A program made the translations under genes and the position numbers. From Eledone cirrhosa (Eukaryota), in NCBI GenBank assembly GCA_964016885.1, contig OZ024753.1, positions 9,114,001-9,178,000 on the forward strand: 64,000 bases of DNA, given 5' to 3'. Below the pieces are notes generated by a model. The model searched no databases. It saw only the letters and a program-made list of their open reading frames with translations, and was not told where the DNA came from. Positions 1 through 11,975 of this stretch are shown in pieces (position 1 is the first letter of the stretch; each line of letters begins with the position of its first letter).

Positions 1-422
1 TAGTGGTTAGAGCATTGGCCTTGCAATCGAAAGGTTGTGAGTTCAATTCTCAGACCGAGTGATGTGTTGTTTCCTTGAGCAAGACACTTTGTTTCACATT
101 GCTCCAGTTTACTCAGCTGTAGAAATGAGATGATAGGGACTGGGGTCCCTATGATTCCACTGCAAAGTGGTCGTGGAGGTACCACAGCAAAAAAAGCACC
201 CAGCACTCACTGTAAAGTGGACGTGTAGGCGCCACAGCAAAAAAGCACCCAGCACTCACTGTAAAGTGGACGTGTAGGCGCCACAGCAAAAAAGCAACCA
301 GCACTCACTGTAAATGAGGTTGGTGTTAGGAAGGGCATCCAGCTGTAGAAATCAAACCATAATTAGTTCCCGTCCCACCCTTGCAAGCAGGGAAAAGCGG
401 ACGTAAAATGATGATGATGATG
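1..422 (+). mobile_element. tRNA-derived SINE family A, head cut by window start, with internal ~50-bp triplication
   Basis: A-box remnant TAGTGG and B box GAGTTCAATTC; CORE-like CCTTGAGCAAGACACTTT; RTE-type tail GGTGTTAGGAAGGGCATCCAGCTGTAGAAA; (GAT)n end; eight more near-full copies in the window. Confidence 0.9.
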
Positions 423-456
423 CGAGAAAAGCTACAAACCTTCCATCTCAACTCTA

Positions 457-492
457 CTTTTGAAAAGCAGAAGAACTGCGAAACCGGTAAAG
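457..492 (+). ncRNA. Degenerate minimal hammerhead motif in a dispersed repeat whose downstream part recurs near 20175-20280
   Basis: TTGAAAA-GCAG-aagaa-CTGC-GAAAC-CG-GTA: stem II and palindromic stem III intact, CUGANGA core mutated. Confidence 0.45.
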
Positions 493-869
493 GAACCAGA
501 TAAATATATAATTTTTAAAAAAAAAGACTCAAGTTGCATTTTCGATTTCATCTTTTTTCCTTCTACTTTCACTCGTGTAGGACACCTCGTTTTTTTTATT
601 TTTGTAAAAAAACCCTCACTTTCTAATAATGTTTATATATATATATATATACATACATATAATATATATATACACACATACAATATATATATATATATGA
701 ATAAAGAGAAAGAGAGAGTTAGTTCTATAAATTAGCAAACCATACTCAAGGACGTTTCACCAAATGGATTTTTAACTCGTGTATGGCTGGGATATATATA
801 TATGTGTATGTGCGTGTGTGTGTGTATGTGTATGTGTGTGTGTGTGTGTTTATGCATGTATGTATGTAT

Positions 870-1345
870 GTAAAAGGTAAACAGAAATAGCAAAAATAAC
901 AAAACAAACGGCACAGTAAATGGAAGAAATATATTAGTTTAATGCTTGAAATAGCAGGAGAGTCTTAATGTTTTGGACACTAGACCTTCATCTGAAGATA
1001 GAGTTAGAAATAGAAGATAAATAGAAAGTAAAGCGTGATTGATATATATATATCTATCTATGCAAAAATTAGACAGAAATAACAAAGCAGACAACACAGT
1101 ACAATGGATAAATAGATTAGTTTTATGCTTGATATAACATGGAAAGTGTCTTCAAGTTTCTAATGTTAGTCCTTCATCAGAAAATAGAATGAGAAATTAA
1201 AGAAGAAAAGCAAAGGCAGACGAGAATGAGCAGAGGCAAAAACAGAAAAAAATTTCTTGAAGAAAAAGTAGATCCTTTCTGGTCGTCAGGTCCTGGAAAC
1301 CTGTTGAATTCAGCATCTTCATATAAAGATTTTAGTTGCCCATCT
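870..1345 (-). mobile_element. Two decayed copies of hammerhead-bearing repeat family H1 (putative Penelope pLTR)
   Basis: Homologous to 18195-18437 and 29132-29327; decayed reverse-complement cores near 962-998 and 1150-1183 (e.g. TAGTCCTTCATCAG). Confidence 0.6.
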
Positions 1346-1368
1346 TTTGAAAGGCTATATATACTATA

Positions 1369-1935
1369 TCATCATCATCATCATCATCAATGTTTAACGT
1401 CAGTGTTCCACGCTTGCATGGGTTTGGACGGGGGTTTTCCCACTTGAGGCAAGAGTGGTTGTCTTGCTCGCATAGGACTGTCTGGCGGGTTTTCTACAGT
1501 TGGATGCTCTTCCTAACACCAACCACATTTACAGTGTGGGGCTGGGAGGTTTTTACCATGTTGCCTACACGGCCACATTACAGCGTGGACTGTCTGGCGG
1601 GTTTTCTATGGCTGGATGCCCTTCCGAACACCAACCACATTTACAGTGTAGGGCTGGGAGGTTTTTACCATGTTGCCTACACGGCCACATTACAGCGTGG
1701 ACTGTCTGGCGGGTTTTCTACGGCTGGATGCCCTTCCTAACACCAACCACATTTACAGTGTGGGGCTGGGAGGTTTTTTCCATGTTGCCTACATGGCCAC
1801 ATTACAGCGTGGACTGTCTGGCGGGTTTTCTACGGCTGGATGCCCTTCCTAACACCAACGACATTTACAGTGTGGGGCTGGGAGGTTTATACCGTGTTGC
1901 CTACACGGCCACATTACAGCGTGAACTGTGTGTTT
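1369..1935 (-). mobile_element. RTE LINE 3' UTR fragment containing a 4 x 112-bp tandem duplication
   Basis: (CAT)n tail; matches the 3' UTRs of RTE copies at 16690-17050 and 19250-19630; units start at 1475, 1587, 1699 and 1811. Confidence 0.85.
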
Positions 1936-2182
1936 TTATATATATATATACACACTTATACATATATATATAGATGTATTTATGTATTTGTGTTTGTATG
2001 TGAGTCTCTCTCTCTCTCTATATATATATATATAAACGGAAAAAATGAAACGAAATTTCATTTCCCACTCTTAGTACGGCTGTTACTTAAATATAAGTAT
2101 GTACATGCACATACATATATGTGTACAGACGTACAGTAGTATGTATATATATATATACATACATGCACACATATATATGTAT

Positions 2183-2388
2183 GTATGGATTCACCGAACA
2201 TTTATTATAATACTCGGTGTGGTTGTAAACAAACATCCCGTATTAAGCCGTAGTGTCGAGCAACCATCGTTGCTCGTTTGTTCAACACTGACAAAGGAAC
2301 ACTGTACTAGTTTCAAGCTTATTAGCTATCGTCAGCAACGTATACCTTCCACGCCGAGCATTATAATAAATGTTCGGTGAATCCATAC
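2183..2388. mobile_element. Short element with ~40-bp terminal inverted repeats and an internal hammerhead
   Basis: GTATGGATTCACCGAACATTTATTATAATACTCGGTGTGG (2183-2222) is the near-perfect reverse complement of 2349-2388; flanked by TA-rich microsatellite. Confidence 0.8.
2300..2340 (-). ncRNA. Minimal type I hammerhead ribozyme motif
   Basis: Minus strand reads CGTTG-CTGACGA-T-AGCT-AATA-AGCT-T-GAAAC-TA-GTA-CAGTG: stem I (with G-U pairs), stem II, palindromic stem III, GUA cleavage triplet. Confidence 0.7.
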
Positions 2389-2960
2389 GTGCATATATAT
2401 ATATATATATATATACATACTACTGTACGTCTGTATACATATATGTATGTGCGTGTACATACTTATCTATATATATATACATATATATGTGTGTGCGTGT
2501 GTGTGTGTGTGTATATATCTCTCTCTCTTTCTCTCTCTATATATATATGCATGTATGTATATATACATCATAATTACCTCTTGAATTTCATGTTTAATTT
2601 TTTAATGATTAGATTTACATAAAGATAGCACTAACTTTTAATAGAATTTATTATCTTTTCATTATTATTTTGTAAGATTAGTTTAAAAGATAAGATTAAT
2701 TAGAGTCAAAATATACTCGTCTATACAATTGTGTATTTTTCAATTTCTATATTTAACAGAAAAAAAATGATTATTCATTATAAAAAATATTAACTTGATA
2801 AATATTTCACCTCTAACTCTAAGAGCTATAAAATTTTTATATATTTCTGATTTAGTGTCTAATGTTACATTTTTCTTGCTAGTTTTATTCAATGGTCTAT
2901 GGATATGTTACAACCAGGCATAGACATATATTTAGTGTACATAGCTAATGCTATTTACCC

Positions 2961-3330
2961 CCCAATGGAATCACCCTCTTCTCATTTGAAGGAGGTAGAT
3001 CCCTCATCTGAGACGCCACCTGCTGAGACACGTTCTCCACCTCCAACATAGTCACTTCAGCCACAAACCCTAGCATCGCAGAAGAATGTAAAATAAACAA
3101 ATACTGGGGTTTGTCCAGCCACTTCCTTTTCGCACCGTCGAGACCTCAGGTGTACTTGAACCCGTACTGCCGAGCTCCTCCGCAAGACCGGAACGTCGGT
3201 GGCCCATCTGAGGGGGGAAACCCACAAGGGTGGGCGGCTGTTGCAGCAGGTGTCACTGGCCATCGTCCGGGGGAATGCTTTTACAATCTTGTCTTGCTCA
3301 CAAGCACAGAGTTTTAGTGGTATATAGATT
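2961..3330 (+). pseudogene. Relic of a CRE-like non-LTR retrotransposon, C-terminal restriction-like endonuclease region
   Basis: Manual translation PNGITLFSFEGGRSLI*DATC*DTFS...AEECKINKY...FAP / VETSGVLEP / LLQQVSLAIVRGNAFTIL resembles the RPDG..WDATC.DT..K..KY..VET.G..S.AI.RGNA signature; has stops and frameshifts. Confidence 0.75.
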
Positions 3331-4710
3331 ATTAGAATGTTTACAATGTTTATACATTCTTAGTGGCTCAGGCTTGGTTTAAGTTTGTTATAATGTACTG
3401 CAGTGAAATCCCATCTGAGTTAACATAATTTATCGACTGTACAAAGATGAAAGATATATTCTAGAGTAGATTACTGTAAACCTTAGTGTATAAATATTGT
3501 ACAATGTAGCATGAGATACAATAATGTATTAAATAAAATATTCAAATTAGTAGATCATATTTTGAAAGGAAATTAAATAATGGTATAGGCTGTGTTATAT
3601 ATATTTTGGTTTTAATATCCTCTGAGAATTGAAATGACTTCATGGGAAATTCAAATATTTAAATAAAGATTTATCAGTGAAATCACAAAGCAAATATTTT
3701 AATGAAACACCTTCATATTTTTGAAATAAATATAGATTTAATACAACTTCAAGTGCAGGTAGTTTTGTTTTACTTTTTTAAGAATTCTTCTGACACCAAT
3801 ATCCATTAGCATATGAATAGCTGTAATAAATATGAGAAGATAATGTGTTATTAATTTCTGAACTAACTACTAAGGCCTTATATTTTAGGAGAGAGATAGA
3901 AAATGTAAAGATGTTTGAACTATTTGAAATATATTTAGTAACATAAAGAACGTGATATAGTTTGAACTGGAGATTCAAATTGATTAGCTGTCTTTGCTCG
4001 TTAAAAGCGTATCTCTTGCTTTACAGCCTTAATTCCAACATAGGATATTTATCAACAACGACACATTTGAATTTGGTTTTTTATTTACTTCAACAATTAA
4101 ACATTATATATAAGAATGTATGCAATAATGTATTTAATGAATAAAGAATATAATTATAAGAGATAAGTCAGCTTTTGCTGTAGTAATTTAAATTTCTCAG
4201 TTTATTAACCTTGTCTAGTTTTAACTAATAGTTCAAGTCTTTCAGAAAAGGAACAAGGCACATAAAGGCAACCTAAAAGTGAACCAAACAAATTATTAGG
4301 TCAATCGACACTAAAAAACACATTAAAGATAAAGTTAATTGACTAGAAAATTTTAAATTATTAGTCAATAGAACAAAGTGCTTTAAGACAAAATTTTAAA
4401 TAAAAATTCTCACCAAACACATTCTGAAAATTCTGATTTACGTGATCTTATAAGATTTCTCTTACATTTAACAGTGGGTAGGCTGACTTGGAATATCTTT
4501 GTTCACATATAAAAGATAATAATAAAAATAATCGTAATATAATAAAAGGAGGAGTGCAGGAGTGCGTCCTGAATATATTTCTTTATCCCATTAGTAAAAT
4601 AAGTTGGATTACTTTGAATAAATAATGAATGAATATTACATAATTTATCTACTAAATATTGTAGCTGTGGATTAAACATAAATATTCTTATATATAATGA
4701 TTGCTTATTT

Positions 4711-4880
4711 TAGATAGATAGAATGTAAAGGGGAACATTAGATAGATAGAATGTAAAGAGGAACATTAGATAGATAGAATGTAAAGGGGAACATTAGATA
4801 GATAGAATGTAAAGAGGAACACTAGATAGATAGAATGTAACAGTTGACATTAGATAGATAGAATGTAATGGTGAACATTA
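4711..4880. repeat. 28-bp minisatellite, about 6 copies
   Basis: Unit TAGATAGATAGAATGTAAAGRGGAACAT. Confidence 0.9.
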
Positions 4881-5042
4881 CGTGGATGGGGTGTAAAGTT
4901 CATTGGTTGACTATGAAAGAGAGATGCTAGAGCTGTGAAATATTGCATGCATTAATTTCAAACTCTTTTTATTAATAACTGCATTATTTCCTTCCAGGTA
5001 AACTGTTCAAATTAAACATTTGACTGTACAAAGAAGACTTCA

Positions 5043-5130
5043 AGGGTGACTTCGTTGAAAAATAAACCTCATTTGGTCACATTCCATGAGAGTATCTCAG
5101 TCACCCTATAAACCTTTCATCTGAACCTCA
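5043..5130 (-). mobile_element. Probable Tc1/mariner-type terminal fragment
   Basis: Reverse-complement homologue of 12513-12580; family assignment is from recalled TIR style only. Confidence 0.4.
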
Positions 5131-5309
5131 TTAGATAGAATACAAAGGTTAGCATCAGATAGATACGTTGTTATTGCAAACAAAATAGGAAAGACAACTG
5201 TCAGTTTTATTTCCCCAATTATCTAATATTTAAGTAATATTAGATTAAAGAAAAGAATTGAACCCAACTATTGCCACCAGAAGCACTATACTACGACTAC
5301 TACCACTGC

Positions 5310-5540
5310 CACTATGATTTATGACCCCCATCGCCACCATCACCATCAGCAGCCACATCACCATTGTCATTTTCATCATCATCATCATTGTCATCATCAT
5401 CAACACCACCCTCATCATCATCATCACCACCACCACCTTCATCATCATCATCACCACCACCCTCATCATCACCCTCATCACCCTCACCATCACCACCATC
5501 ATCATCATCATCATCCCCACCACCATCATCATCATTAGCT
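5310..5540. repeat. (CAT/CAC)n compound microsatellite
   Basis: Direct inspection; explains the poly-His, poly-Met and poly-Asp ORFs. Confidence 0.95.
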
Positions 5541-6114
5541 GCTGAATATAACAAAATAACACCCACAACAGCCTACCCTCAATTCTACCATCCTTTTTAA
5601 ACACGGATGACGGGTTGATGGAAATGGAAAACAAAGAAACTCCACTTTAGTAAGTCCTAAAACCATTGAAAAAAACACAACCCAAAATAGTTATTTTAGT
5701 AATTACCTAGCTGATATAATGATTCTAACGTTTATCTTGACAAGTTCAGATCTCAGTTATTCTACCATCTCCCACACATTAGATTGTATGATGACAGACA
5801 ACATAAAGACATCAAATAAACAGATATTTTCATTAACATTCTCTAAATTTCATCCTATTGCTGGCTAGTTTCCATGTCAGGGCCATTAATCTTTAGTTGA
5901 TATCAACTACCTCTCTTTCAAAATTCCCCTGACCTCTCTCACCTCTGTCAAACTTGCTGATCAATACTCAGATGGTTACAGAATTAGTTTAAGCAAGTTT
6001 TCTTTTCAGCAACAAAAGATCACTGATGACATTGCAGCAGAGAACTGACTGCTCAATACAAGATAACCAATAATAACAACAATTGCTGCAAAGAAGAGTT
6101 ATTACTTCTTAATG

Positions 6115-6215
6115 AAATGGTTAGAAAGTTTGATCCACAATCTCTAGGTTCTGGGTTCGATGTCCTTGTGTGGTATTTTGGGGCAAGTATTATCTATTAT
6201 AGGTTGACCCAGGCG
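6115..6215 (+). mobile_element. Decayed tRNA-derived SINE (family C) head leading into a satellite
   Basis: TGGTTAGAAAG...GGTTCGATGTCC B-box-like motif, then GGGCAAGTATTATCTATTATAG; related decayed minus-strand copy at about 21115-21260. Confidence 0.6.
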
Positions 6216-7140
6216 TCAACTCTCATGACCTCAGTAAAGGTAAGTATTATCTACTATAGCCCCAGGTTGAGCCAGCTAAAGGTAAGTATCATCTACTATA
6301 GCCCCAGGTTGAGCCAGCTAAAGGTAAGTATCATCTACTATAGCCCCAGGTTGACCCAGATAAGTGTCAACTACCAAAACCCCATGTTGACCCAGGCAAA
6401 TATTATCTACTATAACCCACCCCAGGTTGAGCCAGGTGTCAACTATCATGACCTCAGGTTGATCCAGCTTGACCCAGGTAAAGGTAAGTATTATCTACTA
6501 TGGCCCCAGGTGTCAACTACCAAATCCCCAGGTTGAGCCAGGTAAATATTATCTACTATAGCCCCAGGTAAGAGTTATCTACTATAGCCCACCCCAGGTT
6601 GACCTAGGTAAATGTCAACTACCATGACCTCAGGTTGACCTCGGTAAAGGTAAGTATCATCTACTATAGCGCCATGTTGACCCAGGTGTCAACTACCATG
6701 ACCTCAGGTTGACCTTGGTAAAGGTAAGTATCATCTACTATAGCCCCATGTTGACCCACCCAGGTGTCAACTACCATGACCTCAGGTTGACCTCGGTAAA
6801 GGTAAGTATCATCTACTATAGCCCCATGTTGACCCAAGTGTCAACTACCATGACCTCAGGTTGACCCAGGTAAGTGTCAACTATTATGACTCAGGTAAGA
6901 GTTATCTACTATAGCCTCAGGTTGACCTAGGTAAATATCAACTACCAAAACCCCAGATTGACCCAGGTAAGTGTCAACTACCATGACCCCAGATTGACTT
7001 AAGTAAGAGTTATCTACTATAGCCCCAGGTTGAGCCAGGTAAATGTAAACTATCATAGCCTCAGGATGACTCAGATAAGTGTCAACTATCATAGCCTCAA
7101 ATTTCCACAGGTAAATGTCAATTATCATGATCCCAGTGAT
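6180..7140. repeat. Heterogeneous 33-42 bp tandem repeat derived from the SINE body
   Basis: Units GGTAAGTATCATCTACTATAGCCCCAGGTTGACCCA and GGTAAGTGTCAACTACCATGACCTCAGGTTGACC, roughly 25 units. Confidence 0.9.
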
Positions 7141-8636
7141 ACCCGAGACATTTGATGCAAGGTGTAGTAGTTGTCTTATATTGAATTAAATAAAAATGTA
7201 TAACATTGTTTTTATATGAATAAATGCTTTGTCAAAATCAATTTGTTACATAATGTATTAAAACCAGGCGGGTGGGATATTGAAATATGTTATTACATAA
7301 GAGTTTCACAACAAATTATTAAGAACTACTGCATCAGAGATGACACAGGTGTTGATAAGAGGTTTATATAGAGACGTGAGCAAGTTCATTGTTAATCTAT
7401 CCCCATTTCTACAATATGAATATAATAATTGAGACTAGGAATGTAAACATTATAGATTTAACTCTTAATGTACTTCATGAAACTGCATTAGCAAGACATT
7501 CTTTTAACTCTAATATTACAAATTGACACTGAAGACATTATAAATATTTGAATTAAAAGACTCTGTTTTTAGACATTTTCTTCTAAATTATTACAGGATG
7601 TTAACAATTAAATAAAACCACACTAAACCAAATACTTCTATTACCTCCATAAACTACTTGGTATGATACAGTATGGTCCCGAAACTTCCGAAAGAGTCGT
7701 AAGAGCACCATATCAGCTTACAGCTTTTCTTTGGCATTTTAAGGCCTGAGCACAGCAGATTTCTTCCATATAAGGACAGAAAGTGAGAGAGATGAAGTGA
7801 GAAAAAGATATAGAGGAAGAACCAACCCAGTACTAGAATGGTACTTTTTTAATCGACCTCGGAACTACCTTTAAGATATTAAATCAATTGGATATCAATA
7901 TGTGTTTGCTGATTCATCAATAAATAGCAACCAAAACACCCACTACAATTATAAAAATGAAAAAAAATATTAAATATTGTAATTCTAGATATAGTATGTC
8001 TGAATATAAGATGGGATGCTATTGCAAGAATTACTTTGATCATAGTTTTACTGAGTCAAAGCTGACTTGAAGCTGTGATTTTATCAGATCAAAGTAGATG
8101 AACTAAGAAGTCTTCCTGGGGGAGAGATTATTCAATGTCAAAAGCATGTGATTCAAATATACGTCAATACAATCTTGACTTAGTAAATCTTTAAAACTCA
8201 TCTTAACATTTAAGACTATTCTTTCAGCAAATTTAGTTGCTTCTGGATGATATGGAAGTATTTTCATATATTTACAGCAGCACAAAAAACAAGAACTGTA
8301 AAATAGGGCAGATGAACTCTTCAGAATCAACAGCCATCCACCCCAGAATCAACAGCCTCATCAACCACAATTGGCCAAACGTGGTGAGTACGGCTACACC
8401 CATGAAGACATGGCCAAAACCAAACAAAAAGCAATGGAGGTCAACCAGGGGGGAGGGTCCTTTAACAGGAGAGAGAAGACCCTGGATTGCATTTGATTCA
8501 TTATTCATGTACATAAATCCTTTTCAGGAGTGGATTGAACTTACATTGGGTCCCTGGTTGAACATTCTATTGGAAGCCTTGTGTATTATTTATGATAGCA
8601 AACATATTAATTTAGAGCCCTTTCATGCACACTTAA

Positions 8637-9068
8637 CCCTTTAGCATTTAAACCAGCCATATCTGGCCAGAATTCTCTCACCTCTTTCCGTTTAAACCAG
8701 CCATAACCAGCGACTCATATTGATATTAAGGTATTGTTCTCAAAATAAATAATATCAGAATCTTGTAGATTCGATATCAAGTGAGATATTATGTGAAATA
8801 AAGTGTTTACCATGAAAATACAATAGTAAATATAGATAATTGTTTCTACTTTAGGCACAAGGCCAGTGCATTACTGGTACTTTATTTTATCGACCCCGTA
8901 AGGATGAAAGGCAAAGTCAACCTCGGCGGGATTTGAACTCAGACTGTAAAGGTGCAGACTCAGAGCAAGCCCATTCATCGTAAAGGGACGTAACTATGCT
9001 GGAAAGCATGGCGTCCGACCCTCTACCGATACTGCCAAGTAAATATAGATAATGTAAATACTAAAGGG
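8637..9068. mobile_element. piggyBac-type MITE
   Basis: TTAA at 8633-8636 and 9069-9072; TIRs CCCTTTAGCATTTA and TAAATACTAAAGGG match at 13 of 14 positions. Confidence 0.8.
8841..9037 (-). mobile_element. tRNA-derived SINE family B inserted in the MITE
   Basis: 16-bp TSD AGTAAATATAGATAAT at 8825-8840 and 9038-9053; B box GAGTTCAAATCC; central GCCTTTCATCCTTACGGGGTCGATAAAATAAAGTACCAG. Confidence 0.9.
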
Positions 9069-9180
9069 TTAATACTCCACTGGTTATTATCCTGACATTC
9101 ACAGGTATTGCCAGACTTTAATGTTTCTGGAACAATATTTCCCCAAAAACACAGTTCTTAATACCTTCCTAACCATTTCT

Positions 9181-9633
9181 TTATTTGTAATTCCTATTAC
9201 TTCTGGCCACTAACAATATATACTTGTTGGTCGTTGACATTGTTTTTATCAGTTGTCTTACACTTTGTCTTGGAGATGTTGATATGTAAGCCAGCCCCCA
9301 GCGTTTGGCCAGTATATTCAGAAAGTCTTGCAGATCAGTTCTAGAGTAACTCATGATGGCCAGATCGTCTGCATAACTAAGATTTGATAGAATTTTACCT
9401 CCTATTAGATAGCCAGAGGAGCATTCTTCTTCAGTTTGGTAGATAAGTGCAGCTATAACTATACAGAAAAGAAGTGCTGATAGTACATTCCCCTGCTTAA
9501 CTCCCTTCAAGATGTCTATACACCATGTAGTTCCCAAATCTGTTTTGATATATGCTGTTGAGTTGGTGTAAGTTTCTTTCAATAGGTTGTTGTATTTTTT
9601 GTTGATTGACTCCCTATAAAAATGAAGCACCAT
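9181..9633 (-). pseudogene. Non-LTR retrotransposon reverse transcriptase fragment (RTE/RTE-X-like)
   Basis: Motifs GVKQGNVLSALLF and LSYADDLAI; truncated and frameshifted. Confidence 0.8.
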
Positions 9634-9699
9634 GTGTATTGATCAATATAACTGACATATTCAAGAACAGATTTTGATTGGCTCCTTATCATTTTGTGC

Positions 9700-11150
9700 A
9701 TTTACATACATAATTATCCTTGCTAATCTATGATTTAGTCATATATCTTCCTACCAAAAGACCATCAGTCTTTAACACGGACTAACCTCCATTGATAAAC
9801 CTTGCCTGATAAATTCCAACACTTCTATTCTCTAATCTCCCTTGATATGACAAACTTTCAACAGTTTAGCACCAATACATGAATCATCTTGACAATAATA
9901 ACATTAACAACGCTATTTCCAACATCTTGAAACATAGCTTGGTTTAATAAAACCCATTGGAATATTAATTATTATAACTTCTCTTGCTTCAAACATTACT
10001 ATCTGATAATATGACCACCACCCCTACACACACATGCTTTTAAATCCAATTTCACAAAATTATTCATTCTAGCAAGAGAATGGAATGTGGATTCAGTATT
10101 TGGTGTTGGTTAAGAATTTGAACAAGTTCCATCATTTATATCAGAATTTCTCTAAGTAGGTGCTACCCCCACCCCAGTTTCAACAGAAAAAGGTAGAGAA
10201 TTCTGGCCAGTTTGAACATTAAAGGGTTATACCTACTTTATAGTGTGTATAGTTGAAAGAATTTATTGAACTTCAAATATTCCTGAGATCTCTATCTGTT
10301 CTTCACACAACTACTAGAAGAGCTCACTGATGTCATCCAAGAGAAACATTTTCTAGCTTCCTTATGACTAATGATTTCAAGTGTATTGATAATGGTTTGT
10401 CTCAAAATGTCTTTAAAAGTTTTTAATCTTCTACAAACTATCCTGGAACTTCAATCTCATGAATTAATGATGTACTACCAATATTCATCAAATCCATACA
10501 AATAAGCCATTATTATTATTATTATTATTACTATTTTTTTTTTATTCTGCAACAGTAATTTCAATAATATCTATGCTCTCTTATCAGTTTCCATTAATGC
10601 ATCAAATGTTTCCAAAATTTCAATGAGTAATCCATCAAATTGCTTTAGTTTGCAATTGCAAGTTTTTTTCACTGTGATTTATTCAAATCCATCGAGAAAT
10701 TCCGAAGTATTACAGTTACCTGTCTGCCAGTGTCAACTTGCATCTTAATGATTACTTTATTGAATTTTACATTAATCATTGCACTATTTTGTATGCGAAT
10801 TTCATAAATATTTGCAAAATCAACATTTTCAACTGCTTCAATTTTCTGTCTTTTTCTAAAAGTAAATCGTTCTTCAAATTTAATACTAGTTTTATCAAAT
10901 GCAGAACATTTTCATGGTGTATGCAGTTTATCACATGGAGAGAAAGTGCATACAGAGTCTACCTGCCCATTCTTAGTATAAATCCATAAAACTGACAGAC
11001 ATTTTTGAATCAGGTTTATACTTGGTTCTATCAACATATGATGTAGGGATATCATTAACATCACTCGTATTTTCTTTTTTTTCTTGAGCCAAATGAAGGG
11101 GCAGGTTACTGTTGTAACAACTGCACAACAGCTTCCACACTGGTGTCACA
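9700..11150 (-). pseudogene. Heavily decayed Ty3/Gypsy-type gag-pol relic (protease and RT)
   Basis: Manual translation: MQVDTGRQVTVI (10743-10708, aspartic protease), PNTESTFHSLARMNNFVKLDLK (10103-10038), YYQI..IINIPMGF, QDDSCIGA (about 9890); order PR then RT. Confidence 0.7.
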
Positions 11151-11199
11151 AATATACGCATAATTAATAAATATGATTGGTGCCATGCAGTTGTACTGA

Positions 11200-11553
11200 A
11201 GACCTGACTGCCATTGTATACAAACCTACAGTCAGTAGGCACCTCTTAACCCAATGTAAACCCCACTCTACACACCCTACCACATCCCCTCTTTCCCGTT
11301 CCATCCACTGTGTCGATGACATAACAGTCCACATTGTAAAGTGGTTGTGTAGGAGACTCGGCAAAAAGGCTCCCAGTCCACACTGTAAATGTTGGTGTTA
11401 GGAAGGGCATCCAGCTGTAGAAAACCTGCCAGAGACACTTCCACTCGACCATTCCTTGCATCAATTAGAACAAAACCATCTAAGCCATGCTAGCATGGAA
11501 GATGGACGTTAAACGATGATGATGATGATGATGATGTAATTTAGTAATTATTT

Positions 11554-11599
<46 letters not shown>

Positions 11600-11975
11600 C
11601 TGGATGGTAGTGGTGAGAGCTGATCTCAAATTGCCAAAGCTCAGAAAGGAGATGACAAAGGAACATGACAAGTGGAGAACTACTGTACTGAGAAGGACCC
11701 AAACAAACCATACAAGCATGGAAAAACAGAGTGGTAGTGGAGGTGACACGACAAAAAGCACCCAGTCCCCACTGTAAAGTGGATATGCAGGTGCCACGGA
11801 ATAAAACACCCAGCACTCACTGTAAATGAGGTTGGTGTTAAGAAGGGCATCCAGCTGTAGAAATCAAGCCAGAATCAGTTACCGTATGAGCAAGACAATG
11901 TCAGCCGACCGAACAACCCATTTAACCCATGCTAGAATGTAAGAACGGACGTAAAACGGTGATGATGACGATGAT
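11200..11975 (+). mobile_element. Two RTE LINE 3'-end fragments separated by (TA)n
   Basis: Each ends ...GCTAG...GGACGT...(GAT)n; the second retains the decayed end of the RTE ORF. Confidence 0.75.

Noticed and set aside
5245-5634. His-rich, Asp/Gly-rich or Met/Val-rich proteins
   Set aside because: All frames are open only because of a (CAT/CAC)n microsatellite, and there is no splice or codon evidence.
8237-8644. 135-aa ORF as a host exon
   Set aside because: It has a non-ATG start, no recognisable domain and no convincing splice sites; it may be an old retroelement remnant.
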